Shown piece by piece: positions 1 to 9,938 of a DNA stretch of 24,341 nucleotides. Position 1 is the first letter of the stretch. The number at the start of each line of letters is the position of its first letter. The DNA is from Candidatus Iainarchaeum sp. (lineage in GTDB: Archaea; Iainarchaeota; Iainarchaeia; Iainarchaeales; CSSED10-239), in contig CALBUD010000022.1 of NCBI GenBank assembly GCA_937968065.1, positions 1 through 24,341 on the forward strand. Direction: 5' to 3'. The translations under genes and the position numbers were made by a program. Under the pieces are notes generated by a model. The model searched no databases and had not been told where the DNA came from. It saw only the letters and a program-made list of their open reading frames with translations.

Positions 1-53
1 GATAAATAAAAATAAAATAAAAAATAAATTAAAGTAAAAAAGTGATATGAAAA

Positions 54-1283
54 ATGATAAAAGAAAATGAATTTTACATAGGCTCTTTTAAAGCTCTCTC
101 TTTAGTTAACAAATACAAAGATCCATTATACGTCTATGATGCAGAAAAAATAGAATCTCAATATAACAAACTAAAGTTTGCTTTTAAAGAAGTAAAAAAT
201 CTAAAAATTCATTATGCTTGTAAAGCTTTAACAAACATTTCTATTTTAAAGTTTTTTAAAAAAATTGGATCTTCTCTAGATACTGTTTCAATAGAAGAAG
301 TAAGATTAGGTTTACTTGCAGGTTTTTCTCCTCAAGATATAATCTTTACACCAAACGGTGTTTCTTTTAAAGAATATGAAGAAGCAATTTCTTTAAAAGT
401 AAAAATAAATATTGATAATCTTTCAATTCTTGAAAGATTTGGACAAACTTTTCCAAATTATCCTATCTGCATAAGAATAAATCCAAATATCTTTGCTGGT
501 GGAAATTTAAAAATATCCACAGGCCACATTGATTCTAAATTTGGAATTTCAGTACATCAATTACCACACATAAAAAGAATAATTAAAAACACTTCTCTAA
601 AAGTAGAAGGACTTCACATGCACACAGGTTCAGACATCTTAGATATTGATGTTTTTTTACAAGCAGCAGAAATATTGTTTGATATAGCAAAAGACTTTAA
701 AGAACTTTCTTATCTTGATTTTGGAAGTGGTTTTAAAGTCTCTTATAAAGAAGGAGATTATACAACAGACATAGACGCTTTAGCAAAAATTCTAAGTAAA
801 AGATTTAATTTTTTTTGTAAAGAGATAAATAAAGATTTAACTTTAATTTTTGAACCAGGTAAGTTTCTTGTAAGTGAAGCAGGTTATTTTTTAGCAAAGG
901 TAAACACTATAAAACAAACAACCTCTTCTGTTTTTGTAAGTATTAATACAGGGTTTAATCATTTAATAAGACCTATGTACTATAATGCTTATCATGACAT
1001 AATAAATATATCTTCTCTTAAAGAAAATAAAAGATATTATACGGTTGTAGGGTATATTTGCGAGACAGACCTCTTTGGTCAAGATAGACAGATAACAGAG
1101 ATAAAGGAAGGAGATGTTCTTTGTTTTAAAAATGCTGGTGCTTATTGTTTTTCAATGTCTTCCAATTATAATTCAAGAATAAAACCAGCAGAGGTCTTAG
1201 TTTATAAAGATAAAGAATATTTAATACGCAAAAGAGAGACTTTTGAAGATCTTTTAAAAAACCAAGTTATTGTTGATGTTTAA
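54..1283 (+). CDS. lysA: PLP-dependent group IV decarboxylase, best fit diaminopimelate decarboxylase
   Basis: 409-aa ORF. It carries the PLP-lysine context HYACKALTN, plus GLHMHTGS, EPGKFLV, GYICETDLFG and C-terminal GAYCFSMSSNYNSR..PAEVLV, typical of the alanine-racemase-fold Orn/DAP/Arg decarboxylase family and closest to LysA. A GTGAT Shine-Dalgarno-like element lies at 42-46, 7 nt before the ATG. Confidence 0.8.
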   Translation: MIKENEFYIGSFKALSLVNKYKDPLYVYDAEKIESQYNKLKFAFKEVKNLKIHYACKALTNISILKFFKKIGSSLDTVSIEEVRLGLLAGFSPQDIIFTPNGVSFKEYEEAISLKVKINIDNLSILERFGQTFPNYPICIRINPNIFAGGNLKISTGHIDSKFGISVHQLPHIKRIIKNTSLKVEGLHMHTGSDILDIDVFLQAAEILFDIAKDFKELSYLDFGSGFKVSYKEGDYTTDIDALAKILSKRFNFFCKEINKDLTLIFEPGKFLVSEAGYFLAKVNTIKQTTSSVFVSINTGFNHLIRPMYYNAYHDIINISSLKENKRYYTVVGYICETDLFGQDRQITEIKEGDVLCFKNAGAYCFSMSSNYNSRIKPAEVLVYKDKEYLIRKRETFEDLLKNQVIVDV

Positions 1284-1383
1284 AAACTATTTAATAATTT
1301 AAAAAGTTTATAAAAATTAAGAATAGTGTTTTTAAATCTTTTCAATCTATATTATATATATAAAATATATTTTAGTGATTTTT

Positions 1384-3126
1384 ATGAGTACTGAAAAACA
1401 AACAAAACCAGAAGTTCAAGTTTCAAAAGACGGAATTGATGCAAATGTTCTTTTCTCAGAGTTTAAAGAACATTCGGTTGCTGATTTTTTTAAAAAAAAT
1501 AGACAGATGTTAGGTCTTTATGGAAAACAAAGAACTTTAACAACAATTATTCATGAGCTTGTAACTAATTCTTTAGATGCTTGTGAAGAAGCAGGAATTT
1601 TGCCAGAGATTGAAATAAAACTATTTGAAATTGGAGAAGAATATTATGAAATTTCAGTTATTGATAATGGTCCTGGAATTCCAGAAAATAAAATTGGTTC
1701 TGCTTTAGGAAAACTACTTGCAGGAACAAAATTTCATAGACTTGTACAAACAAGAGGACAACAAGGAATCGGTGTTTCAGGAATTATTCTTTTTTCACAA
1801 ATAACAACAGGAAAACCAACAAAAGTTATTTCTGGAACTTCTAAAGAAAAAGCAGTTTCTTTAGAAATGTCAATTGACTCTAAAACAAACTCACCAAAAA
1901 TTACAAATAAATCTTATCTTGATAGAAAGTTTAGAGGAACAGCAATTAAAGCAAAGTTTAAAGAAATACAGTATAAAAAAGGACAAGGTTCTGTAGATGA
2001 ATATTTAAGAAGAACAGCTATTTCAAATCCTCATGCAACAATTATTTTTGAAGATCCTTTTCAAGAAGTTACAAAATATGAAAGGATCATAAAAACTTTA
2101 CCAAAGATACCTCAACAAGTAAAACCACACCCTAAAGGTGTAACTGTTGATGAAATGTTATCTCTTGCAAGATATACTTCTGCAAGAAAAGTTTCTTCAT
2201 ACCTTATGTTAACATACGATAGGTTTGGACAAACTGCAATAGATTCAATCTCAAAGATGATACATTTTGATATTAATAAAGATCCAAAAAAATTAACTTG
2301 GGAAGAAGCAGAAGAAATTATTGCAGCTATTAAAAAAACCAAGTTTATTGCACCAAACACAAACAACCTAGTTCCAATTGGTGAAAGTTTTATTGAAAAA
2401 TCTTTAAAAGCAATTGTCTCTCCTGAATTTTGTTTTGTTTATACAAGAAAACCTTCTGTTTATAGAGGGGGGTATGCTTTTCAAGTAGAGGTTGCTTTAG
2501 CTTTTGGTGGAAATGCAGGAAGACTTGTAAGTGTAACTTCACCTAAAGCAAAAAACAGAAAAGATTCTTTAGAAAAAGAAGAAGATGATACTAAAGATGT
2601 TAGAGTTTCAGAAATTATAAGATATGCAAATAAATCTCCATTACTTTTTGATGCTGGTGGGTGTGCTATAACAAAAACAGTACAATCAGTTGAATGGAAA
2701 AGATATGGTATTCAAAATTTTGAATCTGCACCAATAACTGTTTTTGTAAATTTAATTTCTGTTCACATCCCTTACACCTCTGCAGGAAAATCTGCAATTG
2801 CAGATGAAGAAGAAATCTTAGCTGAAATTAAGCTTGCTTTAATGGATGTTTCAAGAAGACTTGGAAGATATATAATTGATAAGAAAAAAGAAGCAGAAAA
2901 AATAGAAAAAAGAAAAGTCTTTGCAAAATATGCTCCAGAGATAGTTCAAGCTCTTTCAAGAATAACTGGAGCTAACGCATCTTCTCTTCAAAAAAAACTA
3001 GATAAAATGGTTCTTGAAAAACTAAAGATGGATGATTTAGAAGAAGAGATTGAAAAAAACAATAGACATAAAGGTAAAGATGAAATTGAAGAAGATGTAA
3101 TTGAAGATGAAGTTATTGATGAATAA
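1384..3126 (+). CDS. top6B: DNA topoisomerase VI subunit B
   Basis: GHKL/Bergerat ATPase motifs are present: HELVTNSLDA (N box), DNGPGI (G1) and GQQGIG (G2), followed by a transducer-like region and an acidic tail. It sits directly upstream of top6A. The ORF track opens at GTG 1375. I prefer ATG 1384 (MSTEKQ...) because GTGAT at 1375-1379 then serves as the SD. Confidence 0.93.
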   Translation: MSTEKQTKPEVQVSKDGIDANVLFSEFKEHSVADFFKKNRQMLGLYGKQRTLTTIIHELVTNSLDACEEAGILPEIEIKLFEIGEEYYEISVIDNGPGIPENKIGSALGKLLAGTKFHRLVQTRGQQGIGVSGIILFSQITTGKPTKVISGTSKEKAVSLEMSIDSKTNSPKITNKSYLDRKFRGTAIKAKFKEIQYKKGQGSVDEYLRRTAISNPHATIIFEDPFQEVTKYERIIKTLPKIPQQVKPHPKGVTVDEMLSLARYTSARKVSSYLMLTYDRFGQTAIDSISKMIHFDINKDPKKLTWEEAEEIIAAIKKTKFIAPNTNNLVPIGESFIEKSLKAIVSPEFCFVYTRKPSVYRGGYAFQVEVALAFGGNAGRLVSVTSPKAKNRKDSLEKEEDDTKDVRVSEIIRYANKSPLLFDAGGCAITKTVQSVEWKRYGIQNFESAPITVFVNLISVHIPYTSAGKSAIADEEEILAEIKLALMDVSRRLGRYIIDKKKEAEKIEKRKVFAKYAPEIVQALSRITGANASSLQKKLDKMVLEKLKMDDLEEEIEKNNRHKGKDEIEEDVIEDEVIDE

Positions 3127-3157
3127 AAAATTAATGTTTAAAAAAATGTGATTAGAT

Positions 3158-4291
3158 ATGGTAAAACCAAAAAAACAAGAACTTGAAAAACACGAAATTG
3201 AAGGTGCAAAAGAAATACAAGGAAGAGTTTATGATATTGCAAAAAATATTGTGCACCAAATAGAAAATGAACACACCCCTACTTTTTCAACAAAGGTAAG
3301 AGGACTTTCAAATGTTTATTTTGATGAAAAAAAAGGATTCATACAACTTGGTGATAAAACAGTTACAAGACCTTTCTTAAATCTTGGAGCTGCAAGAAAG
3401 TTTATGCAAACAATTCTTGTTACAGAAAAATGTAATGAATATCTAAAACATTCAAAAACAGCATCAATAAGAGAAATCTATTATGAACTTAAACACACTG
3501 TTGCAAACACAAAAGAAAACACTTTTGATGCTCAAGAAGAATCAAATGATGTTATTGTTGATATTGAACATTCTGTTTCAACAATCAGAGAAAAGCTAGG
3601 TCTTCAAGCTGATCCTAAAGGTGCTCTTTATGGTGATATTACATTAATTGATAGAAAACACAACAACGATGAATTTAATTGTAAAAATTTAGGAAGAGGT
3701 GGCTGGTCTATAATGTCAAGACTTGAACCTGATGAAATTGAAATAAAAGATGTAAATGCAGATTTTGTTTTAGTTGTTGAGACTTCTGCGATGTATGGAA
3801 GACTAATAGAAGAAAATTATCCTGCAAAAAATAGAGCAATCTTAATTGGTGTTTCAGGACAAGCTGCAAGAGGTGCAAGAAGACTTGTTCATCGTTTAAG
3901 ATATGAGTTTAATCTTCCTGTGATTGTTTTTACAGATGGTGACCCTTACGGATGGTATATATATTCTGTTATAAAAAGTGGTTCTATGGCTCTTGCAGCT
4001 CACTCTAAGTTTTTAGCAGTTCCTGATGCAAAGTATGTAGGTATGACTTTAACTGATGTTGAAGAATATGGTCTTTACAATGTTACAGAAAAAATGAAAG
4101 ATGGAGATATAAAGAGAGCAAAGGAGCTTATGTCTTATGATTGGTTTAAATCTCCTGAATGGCAAAAAGAGTTAAAGCTTGCAATTGATAAGAAGATAAG
4201 AATAGAACAGCAAGCTCTTGCAAACAAATCTCTTGATTTTGTTGCAAAAAAATATCTGCCAGAAAAAATTGAAAAAGAAATTTTCTTATAA
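3158..4291 (+). CDS. top6A: DNA topoisomerase VI subunit A (Spo11 family)
   Basis: Catalytic-tyrosine context IREIYYELKH, Toprim glutamate VLVVETSA and Toprim DxD FTDGDPYGWYIY. A GTGAT SD lies about 7 nt upstream, and the gap to top6B is 31 nt. Confidence 0.95.
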   Translation: MVKPKKQELEKHEIEGAKEIQGRVYDIAKNIVHQIENEHTPTFSTKVRGLSNVYFDEKKGFIQLGDKTVTRPFLNLGAARKFMQTILVTEKCNEYLKHSKTASIREIYYELKHTVANTKENTFDAQEESNDVIVDIEHSVSTIREKLGLQADPKGALYGDITLIDRKHNNDEFNCKNLGRGGWSIMSRLEPDEIEIKDVNADFVLVVETSAMYGRLIEENYPAKNRAILIGVSGQAARGARRLVHRLRYEFNLPVIVFTDGDPYGWYIYSVIKSGSMALAAHSKFLAVPDAKYVGMTLTDVEEYGLYNVTEKMKDGDIKRAKELMSYDWFKSPEWQKELKLAIDKKIRIEQQALANKSLDFVAKKYLPEKIEKEIFL

Positions 4292-4303
4292 TTTTTTTAC
4301 AAC

Positions 4304-4336
4304 TTATAATGGTGACTATAATAATTACCATTATAA
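4304..4336. terminator. Perfect 10-bp inverted repeat between convergent top6A and porB (candidate bidirectional terminator)
   Basis: ttataatggt (4304-4313) is the exact reverse complement of accattataa (4327-4336), with a 13-nt loop. A T7 run at 4292-4298 follows the top6A stop directly. Function is inferred from position only. Confidence 0.4.
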
Positions 4337-4338
4337 AC

Positions 4339-5256
4339 TTATTTTAAAGGAAATGCTTTTTCAAGTTTAAGTAGTTCTTCAAAATCATCATCTATTCTTT
4401 TTTGTATCTTTTTAACCTCTTCTTTATTTTTTAAAACATCTTTAAACTTAGTTTGCATTTTTAAAAATTCTTGGATTGGTTTTTTATTTTTTGGTTTATA
4501 ATTAATCTTATATTTTCCATCCTCATATTCATAAAGAGGCCAAAAGTTTGTTTCAGTTGCAAGCTTTGAAATGTCAATGGTTAAGTCTTCAGGTGCTTTC
4601 ATGTTTGTAGGGCAAGCTGCATAAACAATTATAACCGCAGGTCCTTTTTTTTCAAAGGCTTTTCTAAATTTTTCTTGCATATCTAAAATATTTCCTGGGT
4701 TTGCAGTTGCAACATAAGGAATTTTGTGTGCAATAGCTATTTTTGCAAGATCCTTTTGATATTCTTCTTTTCCACCAGGAGTTGTTGTTGTCTGTGCACT
4801 ATAAGGTGTTGCAGACGACCTTTGGGCGCCAGTATTTTGGTAACCTTCGTTATCATAACATATAAAAACAAAATCATGTCCTCTTTCAAGAGCTCCTGAA
4901 AGGCTTTGAAGTCCAATGTCAAAGGCTCCACCGTCCCCTGCAAATGCCATAAATTTAATATCTTCTTTTATTTTTCCTTTTTTCTTTAAGGCTCTATATG
5001 CTGTTTCAACTCCAGAGATGGTTGCTGCTGCATTTGCAAAAACAGAATGTATAAAAGGTTCATTCCAAGAGGTGTAAGGATAGATTGTGGTTGTAACTTC
5101 AGCACAAGAAGTTGCAGAAGCTGTTATAATTTTTTTGTCTGTTGAAGCATAAGCTATTCTTAAGATAATAGCGATAGGACAGCCAGGGCAAGTCCGGTGT
5201 CCAGGAATAATTGCTTTTCTTTCATCTATTTTTTTTGCAAGTTCTATATAGTTCAT
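4339..5256 (-). CDS. porB: Pyruvate (2-oxoacid):ferredoxin oxidoreductase beta subunit (TPP-binding)
   Basis: N-terminal CPGCP, the TPP/Mg motif FAGDGGAFDIG ... YDNEGYQNTG, and position as last gene of a gamma-delta-(HD)-alpha-beta string. Specificity for pyruvate versus another 2-oxoacid cannot be decided from sequence by eye. Confidence 0.88.
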   Translation of the reverse strand: MNYIELAKKIDERKAIIPGHRTCPGCPIAIILRIAYASTDKKIITASATSCAEVTTTIYPYTSWNEPFIHSVFANAAATISGVETAYRALKKKGKIKEDIKFMAFAGDGGAFDIGLQSLSGALERGHDFVFICYDNEGYQNTGAQRSSATPYSAQTTTTPGGKEEYQKDLAKIAIAHKIPYVATANPGNILDMQEKFRKAFEKKGPAVIIVYAACPTNMKAPEDLTIDISKLATETNFWPLYEYEDGKYKINYKPKNKKPIQEFLKMQTKFKDVLKNKEEVKKIQKRIDDDFEELLKLEKAFPLK

Positions 5257-5267
5257 AATTAATCAAA

Positions 5268-6428
5268 TTATTTTTTTCTACCTAAATATTTTTCTTTTAA
5301 AGGTTTTTTATTAATAAAAGATACTAACAATTCTTCAATATCTTTTTCAAAAAGATCTCTTCCTCCAAGACCAAAGACATAAGAAGTTAAATTTATTTTT
5401 TTATTATTATCACAAACAGAAAGTTTTATTTCTTTATATAGAGGAGCAGAGGATCCTGGACCTTCAGCTCTATCAAGAACAATTATTTCTTTTGCATTTT
5501 TTAAAGATTTGTTATATTCTTTATAAATAAATGGCCTAAAAAGAATAGGTCTTAAAAGACCAACTTTTTTTCCTTTACTTCTAAGTCTATCAATAATATT
5601 TTTTGTACTTTCTGCAGTTGAAGACATTAAAACAATAATTATCTCAGCATCTTTTGTAAAATATTCTTCATAAATCTTAATATTTTTTTTAAAAGTTTTT
5701 TTAAAATCTTTTGAAATTTTTAAAAAATGTTCTTTAACTTTTAAAAAAGCTTCAAACATTTCAATTTTAATTTCAAAAAAAGTATTTGGAAGTGCTAAAG
5801 ATCCTACAGAGACAGGATTTTTTGTATCTAAAAGATTATAGTTTGGTTTATATTCTCCAACAAATTGTTTTACAATTTTATCTTCATAAACTTCTAAGTT
5901 TTCAACATTATGTGAAGTATAAAAACCATCGATGCATATCATGATTGGAAGATTTATACTTTCTGCAAGTCTAAAAGAAAAAAGAGTCATCTCATATGCT
6001 TCTTGTGCATTTTCACAAAAAACCATCATCCATCCTTGATCAAGGCAGGCCATAGCGTCTGAATGATCACAGTGTATGTTTATTGGTGCAGAGATTGCTC
6101 TATTTGCAACCGGCATAACAATTGGAAGCCTAAAACCAGATGCAACTGATAACAATTCATACATATACATTAGTCCTTGTGAGGCTGTTGCTGTAACACT
6201 TCTAGCGCCTGATGCTGCTGAGCCAATAACTGTTGAAAGAGCAGAGTGTTCTGATTCAACTAAGATAACTTCTGTTGAAACTTCTTTATTTTTAACATGC
6301 ATAGAATAACTTTCAATGATTGGTGTTTGTGGAGTTATAGGATACATTGCAAAAACATCAACATCTACTTGTTTAAGAGCATAGGAGATTGCTTCTCCTC
6401 CTGATAATGGTAATTTTTTTAATTTCAT
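5268..6428 (-). CDS. porA: Pyruvate (2-oxoacid):ferredoxin oxidoreductase alpha subunit
   Basis: Pyrimidine-binding domain motifs MYPITPQTPIIES, VESEHSALS and SQGL.YM. Length is 386 aa, and GTGA lies about 6 nt upstream of the ATG on the minus strand. Confidence 0.9.
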   Translation of the reverse strand: MKLKKLPLSGGEAISYALKQVDVDVFAMYPITPQTPIIESYSMHVKNKEVSTEVILVESEHSALSTVIGSAASGARSVTATASQGLMYMYELLSVASGFRLPIVMPVANRAISAPINIHCDHSDAMACLDQGWMMVFCENAQEAYEMTLFSFRLAESINLPIMICIDGFYTSHNVENLEVYEDKIVKQFVGEYKPNYNLLDTKNPVSVGSLALPNTFFEIKIEMFEAFLKVKEHFLKISKDFKKTFKKNIKIYEEYFTKDAEIIIVLMSSTAESTKNIIDRLRSKGKKVGLLRPILFRPFIYKEYNKSLKNAKEIIVLDRAEGPGSSAPLYKEIKLSVCDNNKKINLTSYVFGLGGRDLFEKDIEELLVSFINKKPLKEKYLGRKK

Positions 6429-6468
6429 ATTTTCACATTTTTTATTCTATAAAATAATTATTTTTTTT

Positions 6469-6999
6469 TTAATATATTACTAAATCATTAAAGAAAGCAT
6501 GTATTTCTGGTATTTTAACAAAATATTTTTCTTTATAATCTCTTAACTTTTCTTCAGTCCATTTTTGTTTAATCCATTCTTCTTTATAATCAAGCATATG
6601 TATTAAAACTTCTAATTTATCAATTGCTTTTGAAAATTGTGCTTCTTTTGTTTTCTCTTCTTCAAATTCTTTAAAATAATTATTATATTCTTCTTTAAGT
6701 TCTTCTGGTATTTTTGTTTTTAATATTTCAAAACCTTTTTCTTCATTTATTTCTCTTTTATGGTTCTCAACGATTTCATAATGATCTTTAGATATTATTT
6801 CTACAAGATCATGGTAGGTTAAAATTTTTAAAACTTTTAATTGATCTATTTTATAATTTATTTTTTTAAAAAAATAATTTGCTAATATCAAACAACCCCA
6901 TGAATGTTCTGCAGAAGATTCTCGTCTTTGTTTTACAATTGCATGTCTTTGAATTTCTTTAAGTTTTAATAATATCCTTATTTCGTTTAAATTATGCAT
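6469..6999 (-). CDS. HD-domain phosphohydrolase, YfbR/HDDC2-like (HD_3 type)
   Basis: RRESSAEHSWGCLILA (first His), LTYHDLVEIISKD (the HD...D motif), and EFEEEKTKEAQFSKAIDKLEVLIHM, which matches the E.E...T.EA.f.K..DKlE signature of 5'-deoxynucleotidase-type HD proteins. Its ATG lies 3 nt after the porD stop. Confidence 0.8.
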   Translation of the reverse strand: MHNLNEIRILLKLKEIQRHAIVKQRRESSAEHSWGCLILANYFFKKINYKIDQLKVLKILTYHDLVEIISKDHYEIVENHKREINEEKGFEILKTKIPEELKEEYNNYFKEFEEEKTKEAQFSKAIDKLEVLIHMLDYKEEWIKQKWTEEKLRDYKEKYFVKIPEIHAFFNDLVIY

Positions 7000-7002
7000 A
7001 TT

Positions 7003-7305
7003 CTATTCATCTTCCATCTTTATGCATTTAACGGGGCAGACCTTTTCACAGATTCCACACCCTTTACAAAACTCTAAGTCTGTTTCGCTTCTTTTAACTT
7101 TTCCATCTTTTCCTTTTTTTAATAAGATACAATTATCAGGACAATAAACATAACAAACCATACACTGAACACATCTTTTAGAGTCCCACACTGGTTTTTT
7201 ATATCTCCAGTTACCTGTCTTATATTGTTCTGAAGTTCCACCTTTTAAAACTCCGCCAATTTTTTTATTTTCTTTCATGTGTATTCTTTCTTTAAAATTT
7301 TTCAT
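7003..7305 (-). CDS. porD: Pyruvate (2-oxoacid):ferredoxin oxidoreductase delta subunit (2x[4Fe-4S] ferredoxin)
   Basis: Two CxxCxxCxxxCP motifs are present: CVQCMVCYVYCP and CKGCGICEKVCP. The gene ends in TAG (7003-7005). The start is uncertain: ATG 7305 overlaps porG by 14 nt, and an alternative ATG lies at 7278. Confidence 0.85.
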   Translation of the reverse strand: MKNFKERIHMKENKKIGGVLKGGTSEQYKTGNWRYKKPVWDSKRCVQCMVCYVYCPDNCILLKKGKDGKVKRSETDLEFCKGCGICEKVCPVKCIKMEDE

Positions 7306-7840
7306 AACCTTTTTTTAAACAATTTATATTTGGCTTTATCAAATGTTCTTTTCCTTTTTTTGAAAATATTTTTTGAATAATTTTTTCAACATCTTTATAT
7401 TTTAGAATATTTATTTTCTTTTTTTCTAATATTTTTAAAAGAACTCCAATCAACACAATATTTGGATTATTTATTTTTATTTCTTCTAAAGAGATTTTAG
7501 TTCCATCAATTAAACAGTTTTCTTTACTTTTTAGTTTATTTATTTTTTTATTTGTGTTTATAATTACAGGACAAGTATACAAATTAATCTCTTCTAAAAC
7601 ATTTGCTAAGTTACCATCAATAATAATTACAAAATCAGGATTTTTAATTGGTTCATGAGATCTTATTTGTTTATCAGAAATTCTAACAAAAGCTTTAACA
7701 GGAGCCCCTCTTCTTTCAGGCCCATACTCAGGAAAAGCCTGGATAAACTTTCTTGCCTCCATTCCAGCTTCAGCCAAGATTTGTGCGCAAGTTTTAGCGC
7801 CCTGCCCCCCTCTTCCATAAATAGTTATTTTTAGTTCCAT
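7292..7840 (-). CDS. porG: Pyruvate (2-oxoacid):ferredoxin oxidoreductase gamma subunit
   Basis: IYGRGGQGAKTCAQIL and PEYGPERRGAPV are typical gamma-subunit motifs. It is the first gene of the minus-strand por string. Confidence 0.85.
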   Translation of the reverse strand: MELKITIYGRGGQGAKTCAQILAEAGMEARKFIQAFPEYGPERRGAPVKAFVRISDKQIRSHEPIKNPDFVIIIDGNLANVLEEINLYTCPVIINTNKKINKLKSKENCLIDGTKISLEEIKINNPNIVLIGVLLKILEKKKINILKYKDVEKIIQKIFSKKGKEHLIKPNINCLKKGYEKF

Positions 7841-7949
7841 ATTAATTTCTCTTAAATCTTTTTTCTTAATATATTTTATAGTTAACCAATATTATTTAAA
7901 TACTTACTATATTATATATTATTATTTTTTTAAAAAAAAGTGAATAAAT

Positions 7950-9896
7950 ATGATTTTAACTTTACTAATAATAATTATTTTAATAGGTCTAATCTTTTCT
8001 TTTATAGAATATAAAAGAGTTATGAGGGTTTCTAAAGGAACAAAAGAGATGAAATCTTTATCAGACATTATTCATAAGGGAGCTCTTTCTTTTTTAAGAA
8101 CAGAATATAAGATAGTATCTATCTTTGTAATAATAATAACTTTATTTTTATTATTTTTTAATATCCCTCTTGCAATTTCTTTTCTTTTTGGTGCAATTCT
8201 TTCCTCTTTTGTTGCATATGTGACTTTAACAATCTCAACAAAATCAAATTCAAGAACAGTTGTTTCTTGTAAATCAAGTCTAAAAGAAGGTCTTTCAACT
8301 TCTTTTAAAAGTGGTCTTTCAGCTGGTATTTTCTTAGTCTCAATTGGTGTTTTAAGCATAATTATTTTTTATCTAGTTTTTAAAAATCCAGAGATTCTTT
8401 ATGGTTTTGGTTTTGGTGCTTCATTAATAGCTCTTTTTTTAAGAGTTGGAGGAGGTATTTTTACAAAAGCTGCAGATGTTGGAGCTGATCTTGTAGGAAA
8501 AATAGAAAAAGGAATTCCAGAAGATGATCCTAGAAACCCAGCAGTTATAGCTGATAATGTTGGAGATAATGTTGGTGATGTTGCAGGAATGGGATCTGAT
8601 CTTTTAGAAAGTTATATCCAAAGTATAATTGCTGCAATGGTTTTAGGTTTTTTAGCATTTCAAGATAAAGGTCTTTTACTTCCATTAATCTTATCTTCTT
8701 TAGGTATCTTAGCATCAATCATTGGAAGTTATTTTGTAACCCCAAAAAAAGAAGATGTTTACGATGCTATAAACAAAGGTATTTATGCAAGTTCAATAAT
8801 AATAATTATTCTTTCTTTCTTTTTAATTAAAAAAATATTTGGAAATCTAGATCTTTTTTGGTCAATTCTTTTAGGTCTTTTAAGTGGTGTTTTTATAAGT
8901 AAATATGCTTTTTATGTAACTTCTGCAAAATACAAACCAACTAAAAAAATATCAAATTCTTCAACAACAGGTGCAGCTACAAATATTTTAAAAGGTCTAA
9001 GTGTGGGTATGTTATCAACTGCTCTTCCAATAATAATTATAGGTATAACAATTATTCTTTCATATCATTTTGGAGGATACTTTGGAATTGCAATTTCTTC
9101 TGTAAGCATGCTTAGCATTTTAGGTATTATTTTAGCAGCTGACTTTTATGGTCCAATAGTTGATAATGCTCAAGGAATTGTAGAGATGACAGGTTCTGAT
9201 AGTAAAACACAAAAAAGAACTGAAAAGCTAGATCAACTTGGAAATTCAACTGCAGCCGTTACTAAAGGTTTTGCAATAGCATCAGCTGCTTTTACATCAA
9301 TTGCTTTGTTTGCAAGTTACATAGTTATTACAAATCTTCAAACAATAGATTTAATAAAAGTTCCAGTAATTGTTGGACTTTTAATAGGCGCTATGCTTCC
9401 ATTTGTCTTTTCTTCATTCTTAATTGATGCTGTTGAAAAAGCAGCTTTTAAAATAATTAAAGAGGTACGAAGACAATTTAGAACTATTAAAGGAATCATG
9501 CAAGGAGATAAAAAACCAGATTATGATGCTTGTATAAAAATAAGCACTTTTGAAGCTTTAAGAGGAATGATCTATCCTGCTCTTTTAGCAATTCTTGTTC
9601 CAATCATCATAGCTCTGCTTTTAGGAGCAGAAGCTGTGGGTGGCCTTCTTGCAGGAGTTATTGCTTCAGGTTTTGTTTTAGCTCTTTTCATGGCAAATAC
9701 AGGTGGTGCTTGGGATAATGCAAAAAAATATATTGAAGAAGGAAATTTAGGTGGAAAAGGATCTGATGCTCATAAAGCAGCAGTTGTAGGTGACACTGTT
9801 GGTGATCCTTTTAAAGATACTTGTGGTCCATCAATAAATATTTTAATTAAACTTATGACTGTAGTTTCATTAATCTTAATTCCTTTAATTTTATAA
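7950..9896 (+). CDS. hppA: Membrane-integral ion-translocating pyrophosphatase (V-PPase)
   Basis: Polytopic 648-aa protein with [40 protein letters not shown] and [18 protein letters not shown] lies 6 nt upstream. Confidence 0.95.
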   Translation: MILTLLIIIILIGLIFSFIEYKRVMRVSKGTKEMKSLSDIIHKGALSFLRTEYKIVSIFVIIITLFLLFFNIPLAISFLFGAILSSFVAYVTLTISTKSNSRTVVSCKSSLKEGLSTSFKSGLSAGIFLVSIGVLSIIIFYLVFKNPEILYGFGFGASLIALFLRVGGGIFTKAADVGADLVGKIEKGIPEDDPRNPAVIADNVGDNVGDVAGMGSDLLESYIQSIIAAMVLGFLAFQDKGLLLPLILSSLGILASIIGSYFVTPKKEDVYDAINKGIYASSIIIIILSFFLIKKIFGNLDLFWSILLGLLSGVFISKYAFYVTSAKYKPTKKISNSSTTGAATNILKGLSVGMLSTALPIIIIGITIILSYHFGGYFGIAISSVSMLSILGIILAADFYGPIVDNAQGIVEMTGSDSKTQKRTEKLDQLGNSTAAVTKGFAIASAAFTSIALFASYIVITNLQTIDLIKVPVIVGLLIGAMLPFVFSSFLIDAVEKAAFKIIKEVRRQFRTIKGIMQGDKKPDYDACIKISTFEALRGMIYPALLAILVPIIIALLLGAEAVGGLLAGVIASGFVLALFMANTGGAWDNAKKYIEEGNLGGKGSDAHKAAVVGDTVGDPFKDTCGPSINILIKLMTVVSLILIPLIL

Positions 9897-9938
9897 TTTT
9901 TAAAAAAAGTTTTTTAAAAAAAAAGAGTTTGATAAAAT

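Noticed and set aside
1375-1383. GTG 1375 as the top6B start, as in the ORF track.
   Set aside because: The GTGAT at 1375-1379 matches the SD element seen before other genes and sits 4 nt before ATG 1384, so ATG 1384 is the more likely start. The difference is only 3 codons.
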